Shown here piece by piece: positions 18,429 to 27,041 of a stretch of 64,000 nt of DNA; the first letter of the stretch is position 1, and every line of letters begins with the position of its first letter. The position numbers were made by a program, and so were the translations under genes. This DNA comes from an uncultured delta proteobacterium (lineage in GTDB: Bacteria; Myxococcota_A; Polyangia; Fen-1088). The notes beneath the pieces were generated by a model. The model was not told where the DNA came from, ran no database searches, and was given only the letters and a program-made list of their open reading frames with translations. The stretch lies in NCBI GenBank assembly GCA_963737265.1, contig CAVTRY010000011.1, positions 128,001-192,000 on the forward strand. Reading direction: 5' to 3'.

Positions 18429-19625
18429 CTAGTGCGCGAGAAAGCCGCGCAGCAGCCGTCCGACTTTTTGCGTTTCGACCAGGAACGAGTCGTGGCCAAA
18501 GCGCGAGGGCACATTGGCGTAGGTTACCTTCACGCCAGTCCTGGCCATGGCGAGCGCGAGCTCTTTGCAATCGCCGGGTGGGTAGAGCCAGTCGGAATCG
18601 AAGGACACCACCAGGGCGCGCGAGCGCACGCGGCGGCAGGCTTCGACCAGATTGCCATTCCCCCAGGCCGCCGCCGCGTCGTAGTAGTCCATGGCGCGCG
18701 TGATGTAGAGGTAGCTGTTGGCATCGAAGCGCTCGACGAACGCGCGGCCCTGGTAGTCGAGGTAGCTCTCGACGGCGAATTCGATGCCGAAGCCGGCCTT
18801 TTGCTCGCTGTTATGTTGCAAGCGGCGGCCGAATTTCTCGTGCATGCCTTCGTCGGACAGATAGGTGATGTGCGCCAGCATGCGCGCCGCCGCCAGGCCC
18901 GCGTCGGGACCACCGCCGTTGCCGTAGTAGTCGCCGCTGGCGAAGCGCGGATCGTTCAGGATGCAGTGGCGGGCCACGGCGTTGAAGGCCAGGCCCTGCG
19001 CGGAAAGGCGCGCGCTGGCGGCCAGGATTACGGCGCGCTCGACGCGCTCGGGATAGGCGAGGGCCATTTCCAGCGCTTGCTGGCCACCCAACGAGCCGCC
19101 AACCACCGCACACACGCGCGCGATGCCGAGCGCGTCGAGCAGCCGTCCGTGCAACTTCACCCAGTCGCCCACCGTGACCATGGGAAAGTGCAGGCCATAC
19201 TGCTTGCCGGTGCGCGGGTCGATCGACGACGGGCAGGTGGTGCCGTAGCAACTGCCGAGGACGTTCGGGCAGATGACGAAGTAGCGGTTGGTGTCGATGG
19301 CCTTGCCCGGCCCGACGATGGCGTCCCACCAGCCCGCCTTGCGCAGGCGCCACACGCGCCCATTTTTTGCCGCGTCCTTGTCCCATCCCGCGACGTGGGC
19401 GTCGCCTGTCAGCGCGTGGGCGACGAAGACCGCGTTGTCCTTGCGCGGGGAGAGCGTGCCATAGGTTTCGTACTCGACGTCGATGGTCCCCATGCTGCCG
19501 CCGAGCTCCAGAGTCATCGGCGCGTCGGCCGCCACGATCCGGACGTTCTGCGCGCTCGTCCAGCCGACCGAATCGGGTGCCTCTGGGCCGCTGTCGCGCG
19601 ACCCTTCTTTTTCCTCGGGAGTCAT
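18429..19625 (-). CDS. metX: Homoserine O-acetyltransferase
   Basis: HALTGDAH, GPGKAIDT, GGSLGG nucleophile, RFDANSY, GHDSFL. Confidence 0.95.
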   Translation of the reverse strand: MTPEEKEGSRDSGPEAPDSVGWTSAQNVRIVAADAPMTLELGGSMGTIDVEYETYGTLSPRKDNAVFVAHALTGDAHVAGWDKDAAKNGRVWRLRKAGWWDAIVGPGKAIDTNRYFVICPNVLGSCYGTTCPSSIDPRTGKQYGLHFPMVTVGDWVKLHGRLLDALGIARVCAVVGGSLGGQQALEMALAYPERVERAVILAASARLSAQGLAFNAVARHCILNDPRFASGDYYGNGGGPDAGLAAARMLAHITYLSDEGMHEKFGRRLQHNSEQKAGFGIEFAVESYLDYQGRAFVERFDANSYLYITRAMDYYDAAAAWGNGNLVEACRRVRSRALVVSFDSDWLYPPGDCKELALAMARTGVKVTYANVPSRFGHDSFLVETQKVGRLLRGFLAH

Positions 19626-19692
19626 CGACCCCTATCAGTTCACAAGCAGGTGGGTATGCGCAAGGCCTGGACGAATATCCGGGGCGCAAAGG

Positions 19693-20139
19693 CTAAATTG
19701 AATAGTCGGGCGCGTTATTGCCCAAGGCCGCTCGGTAGCGTTCGACCAGAATCTGGAAGCTAGCTGAATCGTACACCGAGCTGGCCGTGCGAACCGCCGC
19801 CTCCCAAATGGGCGCGAATACCAGCTGCGAGGCGTGCGAGCCGCCGCCCACGCTCCGGCCCGCGATTTCGGGCTCGGCAAGCGTACCCTGAACGACGCGC
19901 AGAACGTCGCCGACCGAAATTCGCGCCGGCGGGCGGGCGAGCACGTAACCGCCTTCATTGCCTCGGCGCGATTCCACCAGGCTGGCGCGCTTGAGCTGGG
20001 CCAGAATTGCTTCCAAGAAGCGCGCCGGGATCGCCTGAGCCTTTGCAATTTCGCCAATCGAAACAGGGCCCTGACCAAAGCGCACTGAAAGCTCAAGGAT
20101 CGCTCGCAGCGCATATTTGCTCTTTTGAGTAATCGCCAT
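19693..20139 (-). CDS. Rrf2-family transcriptional regulator (CymR/IscR-like, no Cys ligands)
   Basis: KSKYALRAILEL, FLEAILAQLKRASLVESRRGNEGGYVL, ISVGDVLR. Confidence 0.93.
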   Translation of the reverse strand: MAITQKSKYALRAILELSVRFGQGPVSIGEIAKAQAIPARFLEAILAQLKRASLVESRRGNEGGYVLARPPARISVGDVLRVVQGTLAEPEIAGRSVGGGSHASQLVFAPIWEAAVRTASSVYDSASFQILVERYRAALGNNAPDYSI

Positions 20140-20162
20140 CCGTCAACCTGCGCCAACAATTG

Positions 20163-20189
20163 TAATTCCGACTAATCTGGTCGACTATT
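20163..20189 (-). promoter_or_regulatory. Rrf2/IscR-type operator
   Basis: Minus strand AATAGTCGACCAGATTAGTCGGAATTA, an imperfect palindrome resembling the IscR type-1 box, about 25 nt upstream of the Rrf2 start. Confidence 0.7.
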
Positions 20190-20243
20190 TAACGCCGGAT
20201 CTTGGATGTCAAGGCGGGCTGCATGAAGGGGGTCGGGGAATGG

Positions 20244-20798
20244 CTACTTCGCGGAAGCCTCCAGCGCGTCCAGCGCGGCCAAGACCTCGCGGCTGTGCGT
20301 GGCAGGCTTCACGTCGGCAAACACGCGAACTACCTCACCCTGCGGATCGATGATGAAGGTGTGGCGGGCGGCCAGCTTGGTCACGATCAGGTTGTTCAGC
20401 GACCCGTAAGCCGCCGCCACCTTTTTCTCGGTGTCGGCCAGGAGCTTGAAGGTCAGGCCCTGCTGCGCGCAGAATTCCTTGTGCGACTCCACGCTGTCGA
20501 CGCTCACGCCTAGGATGATCGCCTTGCGCTTGGCGTATTCGGCCTGGTCCTGGGCGAAGTTGTGCGCCTCAAGCGTGCACCCCGAGGTCTTGTCCTTGGG
20601 ATAGAAATAGAGGACGACCCAGCTGCCGTGCAGGGCCGACAGCTTGACCTGGGTGCCGTCCTGGGAAGGCAGGCTGAAATCCGGGGCCGCGCTGCCGGGG
20701 GACGGCATCTCTGCGGCGTTTGCGCGCAGAGGCCAGGCAATCAGGAAGATCGCGACTAGGCCGAGTATTCCCGGGGTTGTGTTCATGGTGAGCTCCAA
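20244..20798 (-). CDS. Peroxiredoxin BCP/PrxQ with signal peptide
   Basis: VLYFYPKDKTSGCTLEA, GVSVDS, RHTFIID; hydrophobic N-terminus with ANA cleavage site. Confidence 0.9.
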   Translation of the reverse strand: MELTMNTTPGILGLVAIFLIAWPLRANAAEMPSPGSAAPDFSLPSQDGTQVKLSALHGSWVVLYFYPKDKTSGCTLEAHNFAQDQAEYAKRKAIILGVSVDSVESHKEFCAQQGLTFKLLADTEKKVAAAYGSLNNLIVTKLAARHTFIIDPQGEVVRVFADVKPATHSREVLAALDALEASAK

Positions 20799-20899
20799 GA
20801 GTGCTTTTCTCTTGGATGCCCGGGGCGCGCGTTGGCTTCGCTATTTCATCCTGTCTCCGCACACGTCCGTCGGAGCTTCGTCGACGGCTTTGGGCTGGC

Positions 20900-21415
20900 C
20901 TATCCCAGTCCGACCACGTTGGCGAGAATTCCCTTAGCGAAGTCGGATGAAGGCAGGCCTGCCGTCGCCATCGGCCGCACAGCGGGAAGCCCTGACGTAG
21001 CCTCATCGGGCGACTGTTCGAGCAGGAATTGGGCAAGCAGTCGGTCGGCGTCGTTGACGTGATAGACGGCCCAGTCCTCGAGCAGGAAAAAGATCGCGGA
21101 TCTGGTTTCGTCGATACGTTCTTCTTTGCTCGATCGCGCGGCGATCGCTCTGGCTTCGCGGCGAATGTGATCGTGGAACGCGGAATGAAAGCGCCGGCTG
21201 GTGTAGCGGTGCTGGCGCATGGCCAACTCCTCGGAGGAGAAGTGATACTCGACGTAGGCGACGAGGAAATTCACCGCGCGCTGAAACTGTTCGGGGCTCT
21301 TCGCCAAGTCGGTTGAGAACAGAACCTCGTTCGCCATGGCGAACAGAGTGCGGTGTTGGAAGTCGATATCGGAGCTCCCTGTCTCGAGCTCCGGCGTAAA
21401 TTCAAATCGGTGCAT
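20900..21415 (-). CDS. Bacteriohemerythrin
   Basis: ETGSSDIDFQH, YHFSSEE, HSAFH, WAVYHVNDAD; AGGAG RBS before ATG at 21415. Confidence 0.88.
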   Translation of the reverse strand: MHRFEFTPELETGSSDIDFQHRTLFAMANEVLFSTDLAKSPEQFQRAVNFLVAYVEYHFSSEELAMRQHRYTSRRFHSAFHDHIRREARAIAARSSKEERIDETRSAIFFLLEDWAVYHVNDADRLLAQFLLEQSPDEATSGLPAVRPMATAGLPSSDFAKGILANVVGLG

Positions 21416-21754
21416 AGCTCTCCTAGTGTCGTAGTTCCCTTGCCATTTCCGTTCTCGGTGGAGTAGGTGCAGTCCTTGAGGGCCCAAGTGAAGAAAAAGT
21501 GAAGAAAAATTCACAAATAGGTAGAACAACCTCGCATACGATCCATGACGCGGGATGGTGGCAGGTTTGGGTCATGTTTCATGCTAGTTTCGGACTCGCG
21601 ACTACAACGCTTTTCCGACCTGAAGGTGCCTGGTCATGGCAGACTCCGGCACCTTGTCATTGACGGCAGCGCCTAAACCATCTACGAAAGGCGCTGTACC
21701 TCGCAGCCAACAGTTGAACCTGCCCTGGTTTCCATGCAAGGAAGGGCGTACCCA

Positions 21755-23148
21755 ATGAAGACCATCACCGAGTTTTCCGGAATTCTGCTGCAGCGGGCGG
21801 CAGCGGCCCAGCGGACGTTTAGGGCAGCCAACCCGCGGCAGGCTACTCCTGCCGTCGAACAGGCCCCGCCGCCGGCCCCTGACGCATCGGAGCCGAGCGC
21901 AGGGATGGCAGGTGGGGAAGACGCGGAAGGTACGGAACGTACGGAACGTACGGAAGGCGCGGAAGATACGGAAGAAATCGTCTCAGGCGACGCGTCCGTC
22001 TCGGCTGACACCAATGCCGTGCCTGGGGACGGTGTGGTCGCCGAAGCCGCTCTGCCTGCCGAGGAGGCCGTGGCGGGAGGTGAAAACTCGGGCGCGAGCG
22101 AGGAACAGCCGGCGCCCTTCGCTGCCGACCTGGGCGCCGGGCCCGAGGCCGAAGCCGTGGCGGCGGAGCTGCAGGTCCAAGGCGACAGGCTTGCCCGTCT
22201 GATGGAAGCGCTCGACGTGGTCGGCAACCGGTCGGCTCAGGTGCGCCTCGTGCGCGTCCTTCAAGGCGAGGACGCTCCGAGCGGTGCGCAGAAGCGCGGC
22301 GAGTTTTACTACGCCGTGGACCTGATGCCCCGACCACAGAGCCAGCAGCGGGACGGATTTGACTCTCGCCGTGGCGGCCAGGGCGGGCGGGATCGCGGCG
22401 GCCGGCCGGGCGCAGGCGGTCCGCGCGGAGCGGGCGGCGGGCCGGGTGGAGGTGCGGGCGGACACGGCGGCCAGGGTGGGCGTGGCGGCAAATTCAGCAA
22501 CGATCGTCCTGGGGGGCGAGGCGGCGACAGCCGCGAGCCACGTGGCGAGGTGCCGCGCGGGGGAGCGGGCTGGATGTTGACCCGTGCTCCCGAAGACCGG
22601 CGCGGCGAAGCCGGCCCACCAGGGCTGATCGACGCGGAGACGGCCGTCCCCCGCGAGGGCCGCGCTTCGATAACCGTGGTCCTCGTCCACCTCAAGGTGC
22701 GCGTCCTGGAGCAGGGCCGGGCGCCGCCGGCGCGGGACCGGGGGCGGGACCAGGAGCAGGATCGCGAGATCGATTTCCACGTGGACCTCGTCCCGACGGT
22801 GCTGGCCCAAGACCCGGCCCGCGGCCCCAAGGGCCGGGTGACAGGCCAGCTGGTGGCCCTCGTTTCGAAGGCAGGCCGTCAGGTGGGCCAGGCGGACCAC
22901 CGAACGGTGGGCGCGGACCACGCCGGCCCGAAAGCGGCAACGACCGCGGCAACAACGATCGAAATTGGCCCGGTCGGCGACGCGGCGGTTGGGACGAGCC
23001 GTTGGTCGCGGAGCCGGCAGACACCGCCGCGCCAGCGTCGGCCAGCCAGGAAACCCCGGCGGTGGCACAAAACCTACCGGCACCTGCAACCGAGTCCGCC
23101 GTTCCAACGCACACCAACGTCGTCCCGTCGACGGACAACAACGGTTAG
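21755..23148 (+). CDS. Acidic / RGG-rich largely disordered protein with a 1-nt frameshift near 22610
   Basis: MKTITEF start with RBS; after RGE the Gly/Arg/Pro-rich repeats continue in the alternative frame (RADRRGDGRPPRGPRFD) to TAG at 23146-23148. Confidence 0.7.
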
Positions 23149-23170
23149 TCGCGTAGGGAGGGGCCAGCTT

Positions 23171-24103
23171 TCAGCGTCTCGGCCGCGGCCGAGGTTTCCG
23201 CTTGGCACCCTTGCTAGGCGGGGCTGTCGCGATGGGTGGCAGCAGGGTCGGCTCGCATGTGAAGACCATGACTTGGCGTCCGCTACTGGTCTTCAGGCTG
23301 AGCACGGGAACCGAGTCCGATGGAACCGAACCACCCTTGTCGGGGATTTCAGCATGGGCAGCCGCCCCTGACGGCGGCGGGGAGCGGTAAAATGGTCGGA
23401 TCTGCGCCAGCTTTTCGGCGGTAACAAATTCGGCGGGACGGGATGCAGCTTGCCGCATACTTGGAGCCGCGGCCGGAGAAGGCGCATCCTTCGAGCCGCG
23501 CCCGAAGTAGATTTGGGTTAGCGCCGTTCTGTCGTCGGTGTCCGGGCCGCGCGCGGACGAGCCACCGCCGTTCGGGTACATGAGGGTCGCGTGCGTGTCG
23601 CTGTGGCCGAGTCCTAGGACATGCCCGAGCTCGTGGGTCAGAACGGACTGCAAATCGTAGCCTCCCCTCTCATCGGGTGCGGCAAACGAATGGTCGCATT
23701 CGTTGAGCTCTACCGTCGCCGACGTCACGACGCCCGTCGGCCGGCTGGCGGTGAACTCGGTGTTGCCAAGGTCCAGCGCGTCGCCCCGCCACTTGGCCCG
23801 GCAAAACTTGATGGTGAGATCCGCGTGGGTTCCTGCCACGAAACGAAAGCGGGGCTGGCCAAGGCGCATGGAATTCCAAATCTCCGCGGCGCTCTGGATG
23901 GCGCGTCCGACTCCTTGCAGACGGACGGTTCGGCCGGCGGCTTTTGGGTCGATTCCGACGGTGATCTCCGGCTTCGCCCAATGCACAATGGCGCCCGCAT
24001 CGGTCTTGAGCACCGCCGTCTTTCCCGAGGCGCGGCCAAGCATTAGAAGGACGACAATCAGTGGACCGCCGACCCTTGAGACACAGTGCGATGCCAAGCT
24101 CAT
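23171..24103 (-). CDS. Matrixin-family (M10) zinc metalloprotease, exported
   Basis: HELGHVLGLGHS and Met-turn LMYP; signal peptide. Confidence 0.9.
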   Translation of the reverse strand: MSLASHCVSRVGGPLIVVLLMLGRASGKTAVLKTDAGAIVHWAKPEITVGIDPKAAGRTVRLQGVGRAIQSAAEIWNSMRLGQPRFRFVAGTHADLTIKFCRAKWRGDALDLGNTEFTASRPTGVVTSATVELNECDHSFAAPDERGGYDLQSVLTHELGHVLGLGHSDTHATLMYPNGGGSSARGPDTDDRTALTQIYFGRGSKDAPSPAAAPSMRQAASRPAEFVTAEKLAQIRPFYRSPPPSGAAAHAEIPDKGGSVPSDSVPVLSLKTSSGRQVMVFTCEPTLLPPIATAPPSKGAKRKPRPRPRR

Positions 24104-24279
24104 GCCCTGCCGCTTCTATCGGCACAACCGCAGGCAAGGTAAACGCGGCAAACATAAACCCCTTTCGCCACGACTGACGTACGGGCGCAGCACCAGCCCA
24201 TGCGAAACTACGAGACTTTCTCGCACCGACGATCTACGACAGAGCACGCATGCGACACAGAAGACCGAGGCACCCTCGA

Positions 24280-25548
24280 ATGACAAGTGCAACCTCACGA
24301 ACGGTGGTCGCTTCGGTGTTGTTCCTCACGCTCGCTGCCAAGGCGAGCCCGGCCAAGTCGGCCACCGGCGACGAGCAGCGCGCAGCTTCGGCCATCGAGA
24401 AGGCGCTGCAAAAACACGGTGCGGACGTGCATCGCTGCTTCGCAAAGGTGTTGGCCGATCGCTTGGACGCGGCCGGGGCGGTCGAGGTCACGGTCGACGT
24501 GGGTCGGGCCGGCAAAGTCACGGCCGCCAAGGCGCGCAAGATCGAGAAGGGCGCCCCGGGCGCGCTCGCGACGTGCATCGAGAGCGCGGCCTTGGGTTGG
24601 ACCATCGACGGCATCGAAGCGGGGGCCAGCGTGGTTCTTCCTTTCTCCTTCAAGCCGCAAAGCCGGCAGTTCGTGGTCAATTCCGCCGACGTTCCCGAGC
24701 GTGCCCTCGGCGCTCCCGCGCCGGGCAAGGGCAAGCCCGGCCCCAGGCGCGACGTTCCCTTCACGGTCAAGATCCTCGCCGACGAAGTCAACGTGAAGGC
24801 CGAGGGAATCTCGCTGACCTTGCTAAGCGTGGGCCCCGCCAGTCGGGTGGCCATGCACCGGCATCCCCACAGCGCAAAGATTCTCTACCTTGTGAAGGGG
24901 CATGCCCGCCTGCTTGGGCCCGAGGGCATGACGCCGGTCAAGCTGGAGGAGGGCGCGGCGGTTTTCATTCCGGCGGGCTATCCGCACGTAATCGAGAACA
25001 TGGGCCGGCAATCGACCGCGGTATTCCTGCAGGCGTTCTCGCCGCCTGGTCCCGAACGCGTATATCGCGATCCGACCGACGCCCGCGGTCGCGCCGAGTT
25101 CGAGGTCATCCGCGACCCCGCTTCGGCGAAGGTGCCGCCGGAGGCTGGCGGGAAAATCATGGTTACGACCGCTGCGGAAACCAAATCAGTGACGCTCGCT
25201 CGTGGTGTCGGTACCGCGAAGACCCTTGTCGCGGCGAGCGGCGGCGGAACGCCTTCCATGTCGCTCGCTCTCTTGGAGCTCGCCGACGGCGCCGAGATCC
25301 AGGGCCGGGGCGACGCGCCCGGCGCCGAGGTGCTCTATTTCCTGTCAGGCGGCGGTAGCCTGAAAGCCGCGGGGGAAACCTTGCCGCTGGCGGCGAACTC
25401 CCTCGTCTATCTGCCCCATGGGACGGTCTATTCGATCGCGATTGCCGCGGCCGAGAAGGGCGAAAAAGTAGTCGCGGTGGAATTCAGGGCGTCCGCCGCC
25501 GCCAAGAGCCGCAGCGCTTCGGCGCCGGGCGGAATACCGAGGAAATAG
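24280..25548 (+). CDS. Exported protein: AgmX/PglI C-terminal (TonB-C-like) domain plus two cupin domains
   Basis: Signal peptide; C..F....GAVEVTVDVGRAGKV...C...W......VLPFSF; cupin HRHPH and FIPAGYPHVIEN; second cupin EVLYFLSG/LPHG. Confidence 0.65.
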   Translation: MTSATSRTVVASVLFLTLAAKASPAKSATGDEQRAASAIEKALQKHGADVHRCFAKVLADRLDAAGAVEVTVDVGRAGKVTAAKARKIEKGAPGALATCIESAALGWTIDGIEAGASVVLPFSFKPQSRQFVVNSADVPERALGAPAPGKGKPGPRRDVPFTVKILADEVNVKAEGISLTLLSVGPASRVAMHRHPHSAKILYLVKGHARLLGPEGMTPVKLEEGAAVFIPAGYPHVIENMGRQSTAVFLQAFSPPGPERVYRDPTDARGRAEFEVIRDPASAKVPPEAGGKIMVTTAAETKSVTLARGVGTAKTLVAASGGGTPSMSLALLELADGAEIQGRGDAPGAEVLYFLSGGGSLKAAGETLPLAANSLVYLPHGTVYSIAIAAAEKGEKVVAVEFRASAAAKSRSASAPGGIPRK

Positions 25549-25603
25549 CGGCGAACCCATCTAGCCATCACAGCTCACGAGTAAACCAAGGCGGATCCAC
25601 GCG

Positions 25604-26770
25604 ATGAACTTCGAGCTCAATCAGGAACAAAAGGTCCTTCAGAAAACCGTGCGCGACTTCTGCGCGCGCGAAATCATTCCCCACGCGGCTAGGTGGAGCG
25701 AAGAGGAGCGTTTTCCTCACGAAATCATCGAGCCGATTGCGGCCTTGGGGCTGCTTGGAATCCAGATCCCGGAGATCTATGGCGGCGCGGGCATGGGCCT
25801 ACTCGACCTGGCCGTTGCGGTCGAGGAGCTGTCGCGCGCCGACGCGTCCATTGGGCTAACCGTGGCCTCGCACAATCTCCTGTGCATGGACCACATCTAC
25901 CTGGCGGGTACGGACGACCAGCGCAAGAAGTACCTGCCTCGGCTGGCCAGCGGGCAAGCGCTCGGAGCATGGTGCTTGACCGAACCCGACTCGGGCTCGG
26001 ATGCGGGCGCGGCGCGAACGCGCGCCATCAAGCGCGATGGACAGGGCGGCGTCGAGTGGGTCTTGAACGGCGGCAAGAGCTTCATCACGCAGGGCTCGGT
26101 GGCCGGGGTTTACGTCGTATTAGCGTCGACCACGCCTGCGCGAAAACAGAAAGGGCTGACCGCGTTCATTCTGGAAAAGGGAATGCCCGGGCTTCGTCCC
26201 GGCAGGCACGTGCAGAAGATGGGCCTGTGGGCCTCGGACACGGCCGACGTCGTCATCGAAGAAGTTGTGGTGTCCGATGACCAACGCCTGGGGCAGATCG
26301 ACAGCGGCTTCTTCGACACCGGAAAGGTGCTCGATCGCGGGCGCATCGGCATCGGCGCGTGGGCCGTCGGCATCGGTCGGGCGGCCCTCGAAGCCGCGAA
26401 AACCTACGCTCAGCAGCGCATCCAGTTCGGCAAGCCCATCGCCGAATTTCAGGCCATCCGCACCATGCTGGCCGACATGGCGACCGAGCTCGATGCTGCC
26501 CGCTTGCTGGTCTGGCGTGCAGCCGTCATGCAGGACCGCAACCAACGCACCACCCGCGAATCCTCGGTCGCGAAATACTACGCCTCGCAGGCGGCGGTGC
26601 GCGCGTGCGATTCAGCGGTGCGGATCCACGGTGGCTACGGCTACACCCGCGAGTTCCCGGTCGAACGCTACCTGCGCGACGTGAAGCTGGCCGAGATCGG
26701 CGAGGGGACGTCGGAAATCCAGAAGCTCGTGATCGCGCGCGAGGTGCTGAAGGGTGCGTCCACGGCCTAG
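25604..26770 (+). CDS. Acyl-CoA dehydrogenase
   Basis: WCLTEPDSGSD, LNGGKSFITQG, RIQFGKPIAEFQ, IHGGYGY, IGEGTSEIQ. Confidence 0.95.
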   Translation: MNFELNQEQKVLQKTVRDFCAREIIPHAARWSEEERFPHEIIEPIAALGLLGIQIPEIYGGAGMGLLDLAVAVEELSRADASIGLTVASHNLLCMDHIYLAGTDDQRKKYLPRLASGQALGAWCLTEPDSGSDAGAARTRAIKRDGQGGVEWVLNGGKSFITQGSVAGVYVVLASTTPARKQKGLTAFILEKGMPGLRPGRHVQKMGLWASDTADVVIEEVVVSDDQRLGQIDSGFFDTGKVLDRGRIGIGAWAVGIGRAALEAAKTYAQQRIQFGKPIAEFQAIRTMLADMATELDAARLLVWRAAVMQDRNQRTTRESSVAKYYASQAAVRACDSAVRIHGGYGYTREFPVERYLRDVKLAEIGEGTSEIQKLVIAREVLKGASTA

Positions 26771-26921
26771 CTCGGCGAGGTAGACCGACATGCGCGGGGC
26801 CCGCCGTTTTAGCGTAATCCCGCGACAAGCGCAGCGAGGTCGCGGAAGGCGGCCGAAAGGCGCCTTTCCAGGATGGGGACGCGCCACCCAGTTGGAGCGA
26901 TGACTGGTGGTCGTAAACGTC

Positions 26922-26972
26922 GTCGTGGCCGTGGCCGACGAAGATCACTCCGGCCACGGCCACGGCCACGAC
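26922..26972. repeat. Hexamer-based (GTGGCC/GGCCAC) inverted repeat
   Basis: GTCGTGGCCGTGGCCG (26922-26937) is the exact reverse complement of CGGCCACGGCCACGAC (26957-26972). Confidence 0.8.
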
Positions 26973-27041
26973 CACGGCCGCGACCTTCTGCGCCTATCGC
27001 AGGATTTCAGTGTTCTAGCGGCGACCTGGATCGCGTGCATA

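Noticed and set aside
12597-19763. Long antisense/alternate-frame ORFs (e.g. 12597-13862, 13798-14913, 16510-17820, 18432-19763)
   Set aside because: Shadows of well-supported genes; expected from high GC3; no motifs
21929-21975. Tandem ACGGAACGT repeats as CRISPR or VNTR
   Set aside because: In-frame 9-bp units encoding TER in a disordered linker; no spacers or cas genes
26907-27041. His-rich HGHGHDHG extension on the kinase ORF as a metal-binding tag
   Set aside because: It is the translation of the hexamer palindrome; ATG at 27042 or 27051 is more plausible
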